A DNA stretch of 64,000 nucleotides from assembly GCA_964304625.1 (NCBI GenBank), contig OZ199840.1, positions 6,002,784 to 6,066,783 on the forward strand. The letters run 5' to 3'. Shown here piece after piece: positions 41,801 through 54,464 of this stretch; position 1 is the stretch's first letter, and each line of letters begins with the position of its first letter. A program made the translations under genes and the position numbers. The notes below the pieces were generated by a model. It worked only from the letters and a program-made list of their open reading frames with translations. It made no database searches and was not told the DNA's origin. Source of the stretch: Kudoa neothunni. Lineage: Eukaryota > Animalia > Cnidaria.

Positions 41801-44800
41801 AGAATCAGAAATGTTTAATTATTTTTCATGTAAATAACCACTTTATTGTACATATTATCAAATTGTATTATCGCTGATAGTGTCGATTTCTACCAGAGCA
41901 TCCAAACCGTGGGATTTTTCTATTAACCTTGGTTTTTTCACGTTAAGCCAAATCTTGGGTTTTTTTGTTTAGTTACAAAACTTTTAGATTTTTTAATTCT
42001 TTGAGATCAGTTATAAAAAATAAGTTTTAGAATTAGGTAAAATAATCATATATATTGTTTTAGTAATTGAGGGAATTAAAATTATTTCAACAACTATAAA
42101 CTCCCTCCGTGTTGATTCACAAAGATTCTTCTGAAATGTTTTATCAACTAATGTACATATACAATCAAAGTTTCAAAATAACCAACAATCATGTTCTAAA
42201 ATATTGGATCAATCAAATACATTTGGTGGTAGTTATTACAACAAATTTTATAAAGCCTAAAAAATTTAAAAGAACAATATGAGAATAAAATCACATTTTC
42301 TATAAATTAACCAAATGAAAAACGTTACAACCCATATAACTTCAATGTTCGTTCCATTAAACTAAAAGGAAGACCAAAACAATTAAAAAACAGTTAATTA
42401 TAAACAACGGAAAAAAATATTTTCCTTATTATATTCATTTTTCAAAAAATATTATTTATCGTTTTTGGCTATTAATGATTATCTGCAATGATTAACACAA
42501 GAGAAAAAACACATTTAGAGGTCATGCATTAATCTCCAGCGCACGCGCAGAGAGTGTGAAAATAATCCCATGACAATCGCTGCCATATTTATAAAAGGTG
42601 TTCCGATGAAAATTATCCATCATTCATAAACGACGTGATTATAAGGTAAGCATCTATACTCTTTTCCATTTAGATAAGTCAGTACTAATCACGATAATGT
42701 AAGAATGATAATCCTGATTAATCCTTTTTATTGACCCAAATTCACTCGATAAATAACGGAATGTATAAAAATGTTTTTTCCTTAAATCGAGTAGTAGAAG
42801 TTAAATATTTGATATTTTTTGGACGATAAGTTTAGAATTTCTGATATTAAGTCATAACAATACATTTTACGGATAATTGGATAATATATGAAACATTTCG
42901 CACATATATTAGCAATTAATCATTATTCTAACGTATTAAAGCTAAAAAATATAGTGATGTTATTAATTAAAGATAAGATATACTTTTAAAGATAAAATGA
43001 GGGTTTTATATTCTAAATAAAAATTGAATTAAAAAAACAAGATCACCAAGGACCGAGCACGGTCTCTGGAGGATTAACACAATGTCGTGATTAAAAATCA
43101 AGGCTAATTGTTAATAGATAATTTTAAGCCTATATAAAGAAATTTTAACATCGACATCCGGTATAAGATTCTTATCGCTTGATGTTATATTTTTTAATCT
43201 CATGAAATTTCTGTAATATTGTCATTGTCTACAGTCTGTATGGTCATATTACCTGAATTATAACGTAATTTACATTATTCATCACAATTTTTGTTACATG
43301 ATGTTAATTCTCTCTAAAATTGAGTTTAACTGATGACACTTTAATCGTAAAATTCAGATTTGAAATATGTCTTTTTGATATTTTTGTTAGGAAATAGAAT
43401 GACCAGTTCGATATTAAATTACGTATTATATTTCAGATTTATGTTAACGTATTTGCCGAGGAAATAAAAAAATTGTATTTCTGTCAAGTAGTTTGGAAAA
43501 ATTATATTTTAAATAATAATATTGTTTATTCAAGTTAACCTTTGAGATAACAAATTTTTTAATTCTAAAAAAAGTTTTAATAATTTTATTTTAGAAAGGA
43601 TTTATCCCACTTAAATTGACACCTAAATTAAACATTCAAAACTTGAGTGGAGGAGATTCGGCTCGGTTACTCTATGGTCAGAACAAACAGACACAAAACC
43701 ATTCTACTGAGTTACAAGGTATTTTAAGTTGATGTAAAATTTATAAAAAAATTAAAATGAAACAGTTGAATAAAATATTTAACTAACTCTTTTAGTCTGA
43801 ATATTGATTAAGGTTTTCTTTAAGCATTTTATTAATTTCTTGATAAATCTGATTAAAAAAATATACTGTTAATGACTCCCAGGATGTTTCATCTATTTTT
43901 TCATATTTTTATATAACTTCTTGTTAGATAAATATGTGAACATTATATAAATAATTTTTATAATTTTTGTACAATTTATATGAGTTAATTGTTGTTCATT
44001 TAGTAAAACTTTTTTAAATACAAATTTATTCGATTAAAATATTAAATTTAGTTGTTGATAAGGTTTTAATAAATAATACAATAGAGAATAAATTTAATAT
44101 ATTGACAATTCTTCTGACGCTACTTGAATTAAAAAATCTTAATAATATGAGAACATCATACCACTCACTGTAGAAAAATTTCCATTCACTTTAACCCCAC
44201 TCAGGATTAATTAAAATAATTTAAATTAAATGGTTAATTTGATTTTCTATTAATCTCTAAAGCAATGTTTTTAACCGGTGATCCGAGAGTTCCATGAATA
44301 CACAAAGTTTGCCAAGGGGATTCGTAGCGCCGAAGAAAATAGAAACTAATAAGAAGCATCTATTTACAAATGCTTGTTGTCCAAGTCCTTGAGTACGCCG
44401 AAATAATATTAATTTATTTTGGTTTTTATAAGTAAATGCATGTAAATTTTCTATAAACCATGGATTTAATCTGTTCACACTTTCGTTTATTTATATGGGG
44501 ATCCGCAAAACAATTTGAGTTTGTCAGAAAATCCTCGATTCCAAAGAGGTTGCAAACCGCCGCTCTAAAGCAGAAGTAAGCTTGAATAATGCTTAAGCAA
44601 TCTCGTTGAAAGGCTACAATTTAAAGATTTTCTATATAACAATTTTTCATATTATTTAGTGATAAATAATGAAAATTTAAAAATCCAATTATATGAAGAA
44701 AAACTTAGCAAATATAATTCTTATTGCATAAAATTTTGGTTAACTATAAGCTTTATTATGTTTAAATAACAAAATACAAATATGTAACGTTAAAATTGTT

Positions 44801-46242
44801 TACAAGTGATAGCTCAAATTTTTTAATTTCAATCCAGCAAAATAATATAAAAAGCTTGTATTAATTTATCGTGCTTATTTAGTTTATTTATTATGATAAA
44901 ATAACTATTTCAAAAGTTACATAGAAAACCTGGATTAATAGGTGGAAATGTACCCCTAAAATTTAAGGAAGATTTAATTCAGTGATGTACAAATCTTTTT
45001 TAGTTTGATTAGAAAATGTTTATAGATCATAATTTACGATAGAATTATAAATTTTGATCCCCAAAATATATAATGAAAAATTTGACATTTGGCGATTTGG
45101 CGATAAATGGTTAAATGTTGGTCGGAGTTTTTGTAATGTTGCGAAAAAATATTCCATCGATAATATTTATATAATTTATTGAAAAAAGATTTGTTAATTG
45201 ACAATATAACAATGCTCTCGTTCTATATCGATAGGATGGAAGTGATATAATAACCAGCCCTTTATCCATTTGAATTTAATGGCCAAGTCTCTTCTTAAAT
45301 TAGCCCAAGATTGTGCACAACAAAAATCCAAGCGAATTTTCAAACATTAGTTATTCTTTTAAGATTGAGGCTCTTCCTAAGAGATTTTTTTTAATTATAT
45401 ATTTAAATGGTTGTGTTCGCCAAAATTTCAAATTTAGTATTTTAACTCAATATTAGCTTAGAATAGGGCAAGTAATGTTTCATTTGAAGCAAATGTGCTA
45501 AAACGAATAATGATTCTTAATTAGATCGTTAGAATTATTTCGCTAAGACCAGAGAAATTAATTCTAAGCGGTGTTGTTTCTAGTTCAGTCAAAATCGACA
45601 ATATTTTAACAGCAGAGTGTTACCTTCAACAGTTTAATAGTGTGAGCAAGCCACAGGCCACAACGAAATATTAATAACCTCTTTTATCCCTTTATGGAAT
45701 GGAAAAATAATACCATGTAAATACTCTATATATAATAGAGGAGGAAACATAGCTTTAAAATTTACAAGAAAGATAACACCTTATATATTTACCAATAAGT
45801 TACATTTGGGGATGCATCTTACATGCTATTTCATAGTCAGCCGTAATGCATGCTTATATGCAAAATTTCCCAATTATTATAATACCTTACATTAGATTAT
45901 TCGGAAAAATTTTTTATTTAATCTCAAACTAAAATAATTTTATTTTAAGTAATTTTCTAGAATCATTGAAAACAATAATATTGACGATATTATCACGTTA
46001 AAAGGTTTATATAGAAATGGAGATGAGACTAATAAATTATTGTATGTTGATATGAGATATTTTAAATAATTGTTAAAAGTTTTAAACTTTTTATGGCATA
46101 TTGAATATCATGTTCCCACATCAAACGTCATCCATGTATATATACTCCATGACATTTAGAGGGGTGAATTATTTTCCTACCCTACAGAAACGTTCTAAAA
46201 AACCAAATTTTGTGTTAAAAATAATTTAATTTCTTCGAGTTA

Positions 46243-49200
46243 GAATCCAGTAGAATTTTTAATCCACCAAATGTAAATTCTAAGCATACTCTCAAAAAAG
46301 GAATTAATTGAATAGAGGCGACAATCGAAATTCATAGGCGCTCGGGGCGATTTTTCCACCCAGATACCTATTATTTTGTGCCTTTTAATATGCCTACTGA
46401 GAAATTTCGTGGATGCGAATAACTCGCTGTATCATTTCTTGTATGTGACCACAATTGACGAGTGGTATTGTTACTTGGAAACTGAATTAAAATCCATCCT
46501 AATAGGATAATCTATCTTCATAATAGATAATATGGACGAGTCCGTGATATTCGTAAATATAAATTAATTTATCTATGAAGGAGGATACTTTTGATGTGGT
46601 GTTAGATTATCCAGTAAATACGCTGTTGCAATTGTGGATCATCCACAATTAGCTGGTTATGTTTTGGCTGATCATGAGTGATTTTGTAGGGAAATATTGC
46701 ATTGAGAACCCACAAATTTTTCGAGGAAAAATCGGGCCAATGCTCTATATGTTGCAATATCGATAAAAAAAGAAAAAAAATATATTGCTGTTCATGTAGG
46801 TTGATAATACTGCATTTCTAACAGTTTCGTCTATGAACGCTTTAAATAGGCTGTCATTATTATGTTCATCAAGACTGCTTCAGTAATGTGTCCATCTACT
46901 GTAAACATTGTATGAACAAAAACGAATTTACAAATGCATTAAATTCGATCCAACGATCCAAACTTGAAACCATGTCTATGGTTTTAGGTGATGATTACGA
47001 ATGCGTATATTATTAGATTACACACACATACAAACAAGAAATTGATCATTATTCACATTAGAATTATTTTCATCATTGGGTGTACAGTGTGAATCATGCA
47101 TATTGTTGTGTTGAATGTGGTGTTGTAAGTTTGGTTTATTGTGCGAGCGAAATGTAATGATGGTGATTTTATAGAAATTTAACGTGGAATCCGGTTACGT
47201 ATGCTCTTGGTGTAAGAGAGCGGTAATTTTTTTTTCATTATCTTTGTTGATTAAAACATAGTCTTCTCATCAAAACTTAATCATATCATATAAATATATA
47301 TTTTAGACACATATGACATCCAAGTGCAAAAAAAAGGAACTTACTCATGGCAACTGTGATTTTGGAGAACTAAAAAAATATATTGTTGTTCCGTACTCCT
47401 CAGAACTACCAAAAGATATGTCTGTGTCCGGTATCTGTCACAGTGATACCGTTATGGATGAAGATTCTTCACCATCACGGACCAATTCCATTGGATTTCA
47501 TGAACAAGAATCTATAGGAACTGATTCTCTAGATATTGTCGACACAGTAATTTTGAGTTTTTATCCTTGTTCATCCATTAATGATGTGTATAGAGATATC
47601 ATCGAACTATGTCATCGGTGAGTGGTGTAGCCTTCAATATGGCCGTGTCACAAAGTCTGCCCATTTTGGTTTTTGTAAATCCAAAGAGTGGAGGAAATTT
47701 GGTACTTTTTTGCAGATAATCTGCTTCAAAAGTCAATATAAAAACTCATTAGGGTTACAAAGTGATGAATATGTTCAACTGGCATTTAAACCCTCAACAA
47801 GTGTTCGATTTGACAACCAAGGACTGGAAAACTAAGTAAATCACCTTTTGAGGACATATTTTGTACAATAACATAGACTACAACATTACGAAAACTTTCC
47901 TTTTTTTCACTGTATTGTGTGCGGCGGAGATGGTTCTGTTTGCTGGATTTTGAGTGTTTTTGATGAGATGAATTTCATTTGTCGCCCGACATTTAGTATA
48001 ATCCCTTTGGGCACGGGAAATGATTTGTCTATCGCATTAAATTGGGGAAGTGTAATTCTCGATATAATTTTCTTTTCTTTTTCTAATCTATTTGCAGAAA
48101 TATCGACCGGTTGACATCAAGAAAATCCTAAGAGACATTGATAATGCTAAAAAAATTTATTTGGATAGGTAGGTCATTTAAAAATTTGTTTTTTCCTACA
48201 GATGCAACTAATTTATACACTCAAATTCATTGATTTTTTATATTATTTTTTAGATGGAATATCAATATTAAAACTTCACCCTCTGATGGAACTCCGTCCG
48301 ACGTATTTTTACTTAAAATATTGTGAAGCTATGGATTGACGAGGCAACAATGATGCATTATTTGTTGTAGAGTTACATTCGACTGTTTCAAAACTATTTC
48401 AGCTTTGGGTCTGATGCTAAGATTGCTCTTAGTTTTCATCAGTGGAGAGGTAATTGTAAAGGTTTTCCTTCTGCAACTTGTTAAAACGATTTCTACAGAG
48501 AAAAACCAATCATCCAAACAAAGCCGAATTAGGAACAAAATCCAATATGCACAAGTAAATCTTTGTGGGAGTCAATACCATGCTCATCTTCTTTATTTAC
48601 CAGGAGGGAAGCAAAATTGTTACCAACAACATTGATGTTAGTAGTTATATATCCAGATTTGTTGTATGTTCATTACCTTCGGTCTAACTTATGTGATCGT
48701 CTTACTTATTATTAATTAGTGTGATGGAGTGGATTACAAAAAACAAATAGATGAAGTCAAACCTAGTTCGATCTTGTTTCTAAATATAACAAGGTATACT
48801 TGTTCGTGCAACCGTAATGCTGAACTAACTGGAAATTTAGTTATGGTGGAGGAACCACCCCGTGGGGCGATACCACTGATGTAAAAGTAATTGTCTGTTT
48901 GTATAAACGGTATTATTTTCCACCTGCTATATAAAGAAATTCAAACCTCAACGATGTGATGATAATATGTTAGAAGTTTTGCTCTTTAATACTATGGATA
49001 TGGTATGTAAACGTGTTGTATTAATGAGTGAGATTGGTTTAAATTCGTTATTCAGATTAAAGTTCAGCTTGGTATTCGTGCAAAACGGTTTCTTCAATGT
49101 AGCGATATAACTGTCGAGTTTACTAAGGATATTATAATGCAATATGACGGAGGTAACTTTTATTAAGCTACATTTGAATTTGAAATGTTTGAGTTTTACT

Positions 49201-49308
49201 TAAATTTGTACAGAGCCCGAATATCTTCCACCCTCCACAATCGATATATCACTGAAAAATCAAGCCATTTTTTTAAAAAAGACTAAAAATGGATTTTTTA
49301 ACCTATAA
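46243..49308 (+). CDS. DGK: Diacylglycerol kinase with two C1 domains, many exons
   Basis: C1a HKF...CSIC...YCCS.CHYYVHQDC and C1b HHWV...CVEC...YVCSWC...CDFGELK. Catalytic domain LVFVNPKSGG, VCGGDGSVCWIL and IIPLGTGNDLSIALNWG. Accessory domain FQNYFSFGSDAKIALSFH and MQYDGEP. Stop at 49306-49308. The start and subtype are uncertain. Confidence 0.92.
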
Positions 49309-50299
49309 TTTATAATTTCAATAATTTTTCAATTAAATTATTGTATGAGGTTCACGTGGGTGTATCTATTGATGCGACTTTCAAATTTGTTTGATAGTCA
49401 AATGTATTGTTTGTTGCACTTTCTTATTTACTTATGAACCGAAAAAAATTGATTATCGGCCGTCTTTGAAATGGTCACATTTAACGTAACCACTCTGCTA
49501 TGAAGCTTATAATTTTTTTTTCTTCCTACGGTGTGAGATGCATGATTGATACAACTTTACATTTACATTTTCGTTTCGAATTTGATTAGACCTGAAAAAG
49601 TTTTAAAACCAATTTCTAAGATTAAATTTGTAAATAAATTCCTACATCAATGATTACACTTCTTTTTTTTTCTAAAATTTAATTGATGAACAATACTATG
49701 CAATAGGGTCTTCCTATTGTGTAACTTAACTGTAGTCCCATCAAGTTACTCAAGTTCTTGATCTTATTGTAATTACAATATTAAATTACTATTTTGTTGT
49801 TTTCTAAATGTTAATTATTTCTTATTAGTTTTAAGTAAAAGAATATATACGTTGGTTTAGTTAAATTTTATTTAAAAAATAATAAATAATTGGATCGTAT
49901 GAAATTTTTATAGTCAACCTTTCAAATAATGAGCTAAAATGTAGAGTAAAATATTAGTCATGGTTGCTCTTTTTGTTTACGAGATCAAAGTTCTGTGACA
50001 ACTTATAATTATTAGATTTTGGGGTTAAAGGTAATTAAGTTATCCTCATTAAAGCTGTAGGCATCGCAAAACTAGTAACATCTATCCACTTCTCCCAGCG
50101 TTTCTCAATCTAGGTTGGGCGTATGGAGTCTGAAGATTCGATGAATACATGTTTCAATTGTTCATTTTAATTTTGGTCTGCATTCAATGATAATTATTAT
50201 TTAATTTTTTAAGAAAATGAATTAATTATATGATGAATAAAATAGACAATTTTTAACAATAGCAAGGATACGATATATCTAAAAAGGTTAAGAATCGTT

Positions 50300-50654
50300 G
50301 CATTATCCTTATGCGGTAATGGGTAATGTGGGAATTTAACCCATAAAATATCCTCGTTTCTAGGGTAACCACCACTCCAATGCCGATCCATTATGACTTT
50401 GACTCTACGGAGATTCCTTGCCTATTAGAGCATCCCCGATAATCAGATCAATAAGTCCAATTCAACCTCTTTTGTTAGATCGGCATTTAAATGCAGGTGA
50501 AGTTACACATTGGAATGAAATCTCACTCTAACAATAATCATCATTACGGGGTAGAGATTCATTAGTGGGGTAACATTCGATTGATCGGCATCGAGACTTG
50601 AATTGAGTACCCTCGGATATTGAGTCCAATCATTACCCCACTAAACTACCTTCC
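50300..50654 (-). mobile_element. tRNA-derived SINE, copy 2
   Basis: Minus-strand A-box TAGTTTAGTGG. Blocks CTCTA.CCCGTAATG, TGTTAGAGTG.GATT, TGTAA.TTCACCTGCA.TTAAA and GAAACGAGGAT..TT.ATG occur in the same order as in copy 1. Confidence 0.7.
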
Positions 50655-51267
50655 TTTGACAAAGATCGTCACAACCTCTTCCAAGTTCGTTCCGACATTT
50701 AAGGATTTTTAACTTAATTTTTCCGCTAAAAATATATTGTGATTGTTAGTTTAAATTAATTATAATATTTTATTGAATTATTCTTATTTAAAGATTTTTA
50801 ATACACTTTGTCACACTTGGGTCATTTAATCAAAATTAATTAAAAATACCACCATACCAACTTATTAAATATTTTTAAATATCGAATAATCTATTATTTT
50901 TTTATAATAAAAGCTTACGACAAAAACAATTAAGCTTTATAAATTGTCTGGGCATCTAAATTTACATATGAACCAAGTGATATTGTATGATATCATTAAA
51001 AAATATGTTATAATGGCAAAATTATGATATTGCAAACATTACATCAGCAGGTTAGCACATTTCTGACAAAAATATCAATCCCAAATTGCCTTATTAAAAA
51101 AACACAATGTATCAATGGAATTTGTCACAATTTCACTTATGAAATTACTAATTATGAACACTAAATTGTAACCGAGTGGAGTGTAACAAAGAGCGAAAAT
51201 AAGGAAATAATGTTTTCCTAATAAGCTAAAGTAGATAAGATCAACCAGTACCAGTGGGTAGGAGAAA

Positions 51268-53711
51268 TCAGTTCCTAAGGTGGCCATTTTGAGTAAAAAG
51301 GCTATCATCTTCGTCAACTAGCTCATTAGGAACATCTATTGAGTCCAACATCCTGCACAAGTAATCCCACTTGGCGTTCATGCAGCGATTCTTTTTGGAT
51401 ATGTGTCTCATTTTCCATTTATAATACTCTTAATGTTTATTTAATTGGTTACCGGTTTTGAATGCTACTCGAAAAATTCATACTAACAATAATCGCCATA
51501 TGTGCTTCCAACTGTTTAACTTTAGCCTTGGTCGATTCATATTTGCGGAATAGTTCCTCTAAAAGGAGAAATATACAGAAAATGACATTCATTTAAACCA
51601 GGAATGTGTTATTGGTAATAAAGTCATTTATTATTTTGCTGTAAATATCCGAAATATAATATACTATCAGGGTCGTATTGAATGGGGGTTCTTTCGGGGA
51701 CTATAATTTCTTTTTTAAATTGTGGCCGAATTGGAGGAATTTCTAATAGACATACAATAAATTTCTGCTATAATTATTAAGCTTAACCTATTTCAAACGA
51801 GGATTCCAACCTAAAAAATAAAAATTTGTTAATTATAAACACTATTAGATGTTGCGTACGGTGGTGGATCGTAGGGTCCGGCGAACTCAGAAACACCGTT
51901 GATGTCCATTATATTTTCAATTCCAAGTGATATTGGTTCGCTGAAACTAAACATAATCAAATTAAAAACAAACTTAACAGAATCTAAAGTATTAATTTAA
52001 ACAGTATAATTTTAATGGAGAACATTTCCACGCATAACCAACCTAAAGATTTACATTATTGATTGGAAAACTCCAGGATTTTCCATGTTTAAACTGGCAT
52101 AAATTTTGAAAAGATTGATGGCATCTTCCTTGGAGATAAAAGTGCAATAGGTTGCATTACCCAATGGGGGTACCAATTTTTCGTATGGTTTTTAATTGCA
52201 TGAAGGTGAATCTTCCTTTTTTGCATCTCATTTTTGTGAGATAATAGTTGACTTGACGTTGTTGTGCACTTTTTGCCCCAGCATTCTAAAAGACAACCCA
52301 AAATTTAACTCATTACGTTGAGGTTTAATGTGTAGAAGATAGTTACAGATGACATTAGATTTTGTGCTCTTCGAATAATTTTATGAATATCTGGTAGAGC
52401 CACCACATGTGCACCATTCACTTCGTAAACAAACACTGTGTTTCCACTTGAACTTTTATTTTGAACTGTATTCTACAGGTAACAACTTTCAACTCAAACT
52501 CCTAAAATAATAAAGATACGTTTAATTTTAGCTCTGTTTTTTGTTGTTTTTGCACGTGGTTAGATGTACTTTCTGGGCTTTCACTGGAGTTGATGCTAAG
52601 ACGCCTGGATGAAATATGGTTGTTAGCCCCAATCGATTGTGTTGGTAACGGAGTTGGTTCATGAGATTGCGAGCGACCTTGTGTTTTGGTTGTTTTATCT
52701 TCGGCCCGTTCGATAACATTCTTCTCGAGATAGATGGGAGGTAGAAGACGTATCTTGTTGGTTTCGTTGACTACCGGTAGACTGGTCACGGATATTCCCA
52801 GTTTTATCAACACGTCCATTATATCTTCCATGGAAACATACTTTAAATCATTTCCAAAGTGGTGAATTTTTTTTATCTTGGTGAGATAGTTGTATAGTGA
52901 CTGGTCTTCAAGTATGTTGAAAGAAATGGTGGATTGAAGTGTCTCAACAAATTCGTCAGTTAGTTGATCCGACTCAATATTATCACAACTGAGTATTTTG
53001 ATGAATCCCATCCATGGTACGATACTTTTTCCCTCGTGAATGAAGTAGGTTAGCTCGGGCTTCTAATGCATAACATTAGAAATATTGATATGCAGATAGG
53101 TGGAGATTCTTACTATTGTTTGTGGAATAACATACGATTTCACATAGTCCACCGTTTCGTTCTCTATATCAATAGTTTTACTCCACACAATTCTGTTCAG
53201 ATATTGATTGTTGTTGGACGAGCTGAAACTTTTAAATATATCCAGTGCTTCTTCTCTGGTGATGAAGGAGCAAACTTTTACGTCATTGTTCACTATTCCC
53301 AGTATTTTAAGTTTCATTAGATGTGGACCTGACAATCTTCTTGAAGATATACCACTCTTCGAGAGGTAATAATTTGGCTGAGACAATACCTACAGGATGG
53401 AATGATATTAGTTGAACAGTAGACTGGCTCCACAACATAAAACACATCAACTTAGGAGTGTATGTGTAATGTATAAACAATAATAGAATTTGTTAAATGT
53501 GGACTAAATTTGCATTGGAGTTTTGGGTACGGTAGGTAGAAACGATTAAATTTACGAATAGAACAATCATGATAGTCCAATAAATATTATAGAATAAATA
53601 TACCTGGAAGACTAATCGTAGGACCCTGGTCACTTCAGGCATTATCATCACTTCCATGTTATCAACCACTAGTGGATGGACTACAACCGAATCGTTAGAT
53701 TCGTCTTTCAT
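51268..53711 (-). CDS. Protein with tandem Ski/Sno/Dachshund-like domains and a C-terminal coiled coil; one apparent frameshift
   Basis: Repeat 1 is VVDNMEVMIMPEV...NYYLSKSGISSRRLSGPHLMKLKILGIVNNDVKVCSFITREEA. Repeat 3 is VNGAHVVALPDI...VNYYLTK...MQLKTIRKIG...CTFISKEDA. Both resemble the Ski/Dac DHD pattern (G..LICLPQ...QL.IL+.LG...C.LI++.DA). Short GT-AG introns; coiled coil KELFRKYESTKAKVKQLE. Confidence 0.65.
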
Positions 53712-54464
53712 TTTTGATGTTTTTATATTGAAGCAAGTCAAAAAAGACGATATCGTTGTTTATGCTGAGCTAGTAAATTATAAATTTACAGTTGCCTGTC
53801 AACCTATTGACGTTTCAAATGAATGCCAGGTAGCTGCAACTAACAATAATTCAACAAATATAGTACATTGTTAATTAATAAGTAGTTCTTATTGTCACAA
53901 CAACCAATTACTATTATCTTCTAAATAAAACACTCTAACAGCCCATTCCCTAGAGGTCTAATCACCATATACAGAACAGTTGTTTGGATGCATAAAAAAC
54001 CTCACATATCCTATTAATATTGATAACACACACTTGAATAGTAACCATTTTTTGGGGTGTTCTATTAGGTTTATTACACAATTAAATAATGCTAACTACG
54101 GTTTATTTACAGGTAAAATGTTTATAATCATAATAATAAATAATATAGTGCAAAATAAAAACAACTATTAATATTATTCCATGGCAAACAGAGTTTGCAT
54201 CTAAAATATATTTTAATAATATTTATAATTATCAAGGTCCCGGCACACTTAATAATGTCTCATCAAAAAAAGGTGTTGTTGATAGTTTAAGGTGCTTAGT
54301 TTTTATTATTGTTATAAGAAACAAAATAATAAATTATGTAATTTCGCTAATATTCTAATTAAAACGATTGTAGTTGTAGTTATGCTTTAACGCAAATGTG
54401 ATGAGAAAATTGGCAAAACGAATAAAAAAATTGATAAATACCATAAACCTGTTAATTCCTATTA

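Noticed and set aside
44257-45700. Possible integrase or BEL/Pao fragments
   Set aside because: The motifs are weak and in inconsistent order.
50209-50391. ORF with a PWWP-like motif (EDILWVKFPHYP)
   Set aside because: The DNA is the conserved body of SINE copy 2, and the other copies do not preserve the frame, so the motif is coincidental.
51559-51700. A second ACC-CCC-ATT site suggesting repeated programmed +1 frameshifting in the Ski-like gene
   Set aside because: A phase-1 GT-AG intron (~51559-51664) restores the frame without any shift.
53063-53600. CABIT/GAREM-like similarity (LIVSTYR, WSKT..YVIPQ)
   Set aside because: LIVSTYR lies in an intron, and the exons are better explained as Ski/Dac-like repeats.
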